Source: Phallusia mammillata (lineage: Eukaryota). Taken from it: a stretch of 64,000 nucleotides of DNA. The notes below the pieces were generated by a model. That model was not told the origin of the DNA. It saw only the letters and a program-made list of their open reading frames with translations, and did not search any database. Shown here one piece after another: positions 59,201 through 64,000 of the stretch. Position numbers and translations under genes: made by a program. The first letter of the stretch is position 1; every line of letters starts with the position of its first letter. Location: NCBI GenBank assembly GCA_965637545.1, contig OZ281494.1:1054001-1118000 (forward strand), read 5' to 3'.

Positions 59201-62200
59201 AAACACGCTGACCGTTTTTCAAAATACAATATGCGAAAAACAGTTTTTCACCAAGCTTATTGGATGTCCTGTGGACCACCAAAAAGTCTTCATGAACCTC
59301 TAGTGGCCCAAGGAACACCAGTTAAGAAACACTGCTTTAGACAACAAATAACTCGTTTTCTATTCACTCCTTGGGAGAAATGATTTGGCCAATCAAAGAG
59401 TAGTTGCCACAAAAAAAACTCAACTCTTCCTTTTTCCACTAAGCCAGTGAGCATGACGATGATGTTGGAGTTTTTCTGCCAAACCATCAACCAGAAATCG
59501 TTGATTGTCTCCTTCTTCGGACCCTGAGTGGCGATGAACTTCCTCTCGTTATCGTAACCCGGTATATAAGCGGCGTTGATGTAATCGTTTCCACCGCTTC
59601 CTTGCAAAACTACTCGGGCATGATCGTCTATTGAATAAACGCCATTAATACTGAGATTTTATCACACGTGCAGAAGTGTTACAACAAATATCCACTGTAG
59701 CCAATAGTGTAATATTTACCTAATACTAGTAAAATAGCAAAACCAACTATCTTAATAAAAATAATAAAAATAAAACAATACTGAGGATTTGAATTATGTT
59801 ATGTGGCGGAAACAAATGTGCAACAACTATGCCAGTAATAAATCAAGGGATTTACAACACAACAAAGTGACTTTTCCCGAAACTTTGATGAATAGGAAAA
59901 ATCAACCGTTTAATACTCACAAGGAAAAATATTCTTATAGCGGTTTCTCACAGCATTTTGTGGCAATTGTGACACGTCCCTTGTTCTCTGGTTGTTTTTG
60001 CTTTGGTTTTCGACTTCCTGAAAAATGGTTAATACGGAGTTTTTAAGGTTTGGTTGTTTTCTTCTCGAATTGCTTGGACGTAAATGTTTATTATAACTTA
60101 GTTTTCTCTAACCTTAAATTCGTTGACAAATAGAAGTCCTGACTCAACATTTTTCTTGAACACCTCATACAATTTGGTGACTCTGCAGTTTTTTGAGGGG
60201 ACAACAGAAGGAGATAGGTTTTCGTATATCACGGGTCCTGTTAAAACCATGATGTATATTTCAGCATGGCTCTATGGTATTGTTTTCATCAATTTTGTGA
60301 AACTCTATTAGTTAATTAGCAATTTTCGATAGTAAAAGTTACCTGCGGGTGACATTTGCGATGAAAATTCCACATGTGAAGGCGGATCTTTATTATTTCT
60401 GCAAAAACAGAACAGCTTTGAGTTAAACGTTTTTAGTTGGTCATGTTTCTATTTAATTGTACGTGAGTGTTTAATCTTTGCTTTAATAAAAAAAACAAGT
60501 TTGAATATTTATTCGTGATCTAAATTTCAGTCGGTGGTAAAAATCTGGTTACCGGGCATCATGAGCAGAAGATTTTGTCCAAAATGTTTTGATCAAAAAT
60601 ATCAAAAATATATTTATGTTTTGTGAGCCAAATCAGTTAGTGACAAACCTGTTTCGACGTTTAATCATAACCACCAGCACAGCAATGACAAGTACCAGAA
60701 GCAACAGTCCGATCACCAGACCAGCAATCATTCCAACACTACTCGCAGGATTTGTTCCAGGATAACAGTTTGGAGGTGGATTTCCCAGAGTTGTTACTGT
60801 CAGATTGGATGTGATGTTTGTGTTGATTGAACCAGTGACTATGGATGTAATCTTTGATACAAAAATATACTTTCAGTTTAATTTTCAACAAAACGATTTT
60901 TAAGATTTTTTTCCTTTTATTTTTGCTTGGTCAAATATGAAAGAGAACAAGTCCTTACCAATATTTCATACAAAGTAGAGTGAAGGAGATCTTCTATCAT
61001 AGTTGATTTATTGCAATAAGGAACAGAGATTGTTTGATTCAAACCCTGGCTTTCAATTTCAACCTGTATGTAATTTGGATGCAATGATGAATATAGTTTT
61101 TTTTTCAGCAAAATTGTCACACTTTCAGGTTCGTTTATCAAACAATGAAGACTCAAAAAACAACAACAAAGAGTTTCCAATAGACCTGCGCTAACAGATC
61201 GTTGTTGATGAGAAATTGATCAAGTCCAGTCCACCTGACAAGCACATTTGAAGCGTTGCATGGAAATGTCTCTGCAGTCGAGTTTACTGGAATAAAAAAT
61301 TTACTGTTTCTGTTTTACAAAACTTGCAGTAATTCAACAAATATTGCAGGCGTTTTAAATATCGTGTTTGTTAATCACTTGTCTGCATTTCATATGTCTG
61401 TTTAATTTTACGAAAAATGTTACCTTCAGGATAGCAGCTTTGCGGGGGATTACCCGGAGTTGTTACTGTCACATTAGATGTGATGTTTGTGTTGATTGAT
61501 CCAGTGACAATTACTGTGACCTGAAAGACATCAAACACGTAACTAGTCTTGTAGGTTTCACCTTAAATGTGTTAAATCAACTCTCAATGGAAAAAAATTC
61601 ACCTGAATCTCGTACAACGTTGAGTGACTGAGATCTTCTATTAAGGCCGAATCGCTAAAGTACGGAACTGAAGTTGATTGGTTTAAACCCTCGATGTTTA
61701 TCTCAACCTGCATGTAGTTTGGTTACAAATATTTGTTTGAGAAACACACAAACTTGCTGTCAACCTGCGCCACGAGCTCGTTGTTGTTGATGAATTGATC
61801 AAGTCCAGTCCAACTGACAAGCACAGTTGAAGCGTTGCATGGAAATGTCACTGCAGTCGTAATTACTGCAATACATAATAATAAGCCACTGATTATGGAT
61901 TGCAAAGTTAGAGAAACACTTTGCCTGTTTCTTACGAATTGGGGTCGCTAAATACTTAAAAAATTGCATCAGTGTTTACCTTCAGGGTAACAACTTGAAG
62001 GGGGATTACCCGGTGTTGTTACTGTTGCATTGGATGTGATGTTTGTGTTGATTGAACCAGTAACAATCACTATGACCTGAAATCACAAACATACCTTTTG
62101 TTTATGTACATGTTACGTTCCGGTTTCCGGAAAAGTTTATTAACGTTATTTTTCTGCTAAAACAGTGATTACTCAATTAACAAAAACACAGGCGACAGGC

Positions 62201-63683
62201 TCTTACCTCAATGACATACGAAGTAGAGTGAGTGAGATCTTGTATTGTTGTGGAGTAGTCGAAATATGGAACAGAGACTGTTTGATTCAAACCGTCCACT
62301 TGAATTTCAACCTGCATGTATATTGACATCAAATAACTGTTTAGCCACATACAAACTTGGTTTATACCTGAGCTGTTAGATTGTTGTTGTTGATGAATTG
62401 ATCAAGTCCAGTCCAACTGACAAGCACAGTTGAAGCGTTGCATGGAAAAGTCTCGGCAGTCGTGTTTACTGTAATGCAAATAGGAAAGAAACATTGTGTC
62501 AGGTTTTTAAAGTTTGTGTTTGCTAACATAGGTTGCTCGCTTCTTCGGAATTGTTCTTGCGAAACACTGGTATGAACTATGATTATTTTCCATACCTTCA
62601 GTGCAACACTAAACCAAATTACGTTTGGTTTCTGCGACAATTTTTACCTTTAGGGTAACAACTTTGGGGGGGATTGCCCGGAGTTGTTACTGTCAGATTG
62701 GATGTGATGTTTGTGTTGATTGAACCAGTGATAATTACTGTGACCTGAAATACTCAAATTACTTAAATGCATTCCGATAAAAAAGTAGTTGATTGTAAAT
62801 AAAAGGTGTCCTGCAACTACTTCGATTAACTCAAATAGGAAAAAAGTGTTTTCACCTGAATTTCATAGAATGTTGAATACTCTAGATCTTCTATTAAAGT
62901 CGAATTGTCAGAATATGGAACAGAGATTGTCTCACTTAAACTCTCGACTTGAATCACAACCTGTTTTAGTTTCGTTTTAAATGGTGGTTTAACAAACACA
63001 AACTCGGTTTAAACCTGCGCTGTTAGATTGTTTTCGTTGATGAATTGATCAAGTCCAGTCCAGCTGACAAGTACAGTTGAAGCGTTGCATGAAAATGTCT
63101 CTGCAGTCGCGTTTACTACAAAAAGGTGTTGTTAAAATTTAAAATTCAAATTTCACAGGTGACTTGTTTGCTTACATGGAGGATAGCAACTTGATGGGGG
63201 ATTTCCATACGTTGTTACTGATGTGGAAGTTGAGACGTTGGAGTTTAAACATCCAGTGAGCATTGTAGTAACCTGTTTTTATGTTTTCTAGTTAAGCTAT
63301 CTTTGTTTAAATATATTTGAAACTGTTTTCGTATCCGTTATTTCCTGGGTAAATTAGAAAACTACGTTGTAGTCCAATAACTTGATTCATATTTAAGCAT
63401 ACTATTTACAGGTTAGAACATTTTGTGCAAATATAATAGTTCAATAGCACTTGTCGAAGCGTAATCATGTTTTGTACAAAAATTCTGGCTCTGATTTTTT
63501 TTGTTATTGAACTGACCATTCATACTCCCCAATTAAATTTCAATAAATTGTGTTCAAATACTTTCAAACACACTTCACCTCAAAACTATATTGTGTTGCA
63601 AAACTTAGGTTTCCAATGGTTGTTGATAGATTTGCATACGGTGCCATAATTCTTCGGTTGAGCTCCAAAACATAAATCTCAAC
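56283..63683 (-). CDS. Copy G (5'-partial): receptor PTP with at least 5 FN3 repeats-TM-D1-D2; lectin exons lie beyond the right edge
   Basis: FN3 triplets at ~63683-63176, ~63115-62648, ~62470-61980, ~61860-61425, and ~61290-60650 (with [26 protein letters not shown]). D1 [27 protein letters not shown]. Ends TYSNFQ* at 56283-56285. Confidence 0.9.
58946..59334. mobile_element. Charlie-type hAT MITE in a copy-G PTP intron
   Basis: CAGTGGTTCTCAA ... TTAAGAAACACTG termini. Flanks TTCTAGAC and CTTTAGAC (6/8 match; nTCTAGAn-type target). Confidence 0.8.
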
Positions 63684-64000
63684 CTAAATACAACATTTAC
63701 AAAATGTTCAAATCGGGGATATTAGAAAAACGATTGCGGTTTTGCAACTCTACAGAACAGTGATTGTCGAAGGCCTCTGGATTGTGCCATTCTTCCTCAT
63801 AGCTGATGTACTATCTCCATTCTCGAAGATTTGTTTCAGTATTGAAGCGATATTTAAGAATAAATTAACATGTAGTTCCGAGTGCATTAAAATAGAGCAT
63901 TTGTTTATTCGCAGGAACTTGCTTTAGCCTCGCTTGACCCCTCCAAACACAGCTCCTATCGTAGTTGTGGACAAAACTTACGTAATTTAAATTGGGTAAA

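Overview
AT-rich eukaryotic (invertebrate-type) genomic DNA with short introns. An ascidian/tunicate is plausible but cannot be proven from the sequence. The window is a head-to-tail tandem array of seven paralogous, minus-strand, multi-exon receptor genes, labelled A-G from left to right. The shared ectodomain is signal peptide, two divergent C-type-lectin-like domains (CTLD), 1 to at least 5 FN3-like repeats, and a TM helix. B, C and G end in tandem protein tyrosine phosphatase domains (intact D1, degenerate D2, C-terminal DTYSN[FY][KQ]). E has the same layout but is a multiply disabled pseudogene. D and F have no PTP exons and end in a short tail with two tyrosine motifs (F intact; D interrupted by an 82-bp insertion). 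A is a 5' fragment. The shared, locally hypervariable lectin ectodomain coupled to either a phosphatase or a tyrosine-motif tail resembles a paired inhibitory/activating immune receptor cluster; that function is inference. Mobile DNA includes a near-intact CsRn1-clade Ty3/Gypsy LTR element, a Sola-like DNA element, hAT MITEs and transposase fossils, a LINE 3' fragment, and Penelope-like palindromes carrying minimal hammerhead ribozymes. There is also a 66-bp minisatellite, a TTAGGG-rich tract and a 139-N gap. All gene models were spliced by hand from GT-AG sites and paralog comparison; internal exon limits are approximate.
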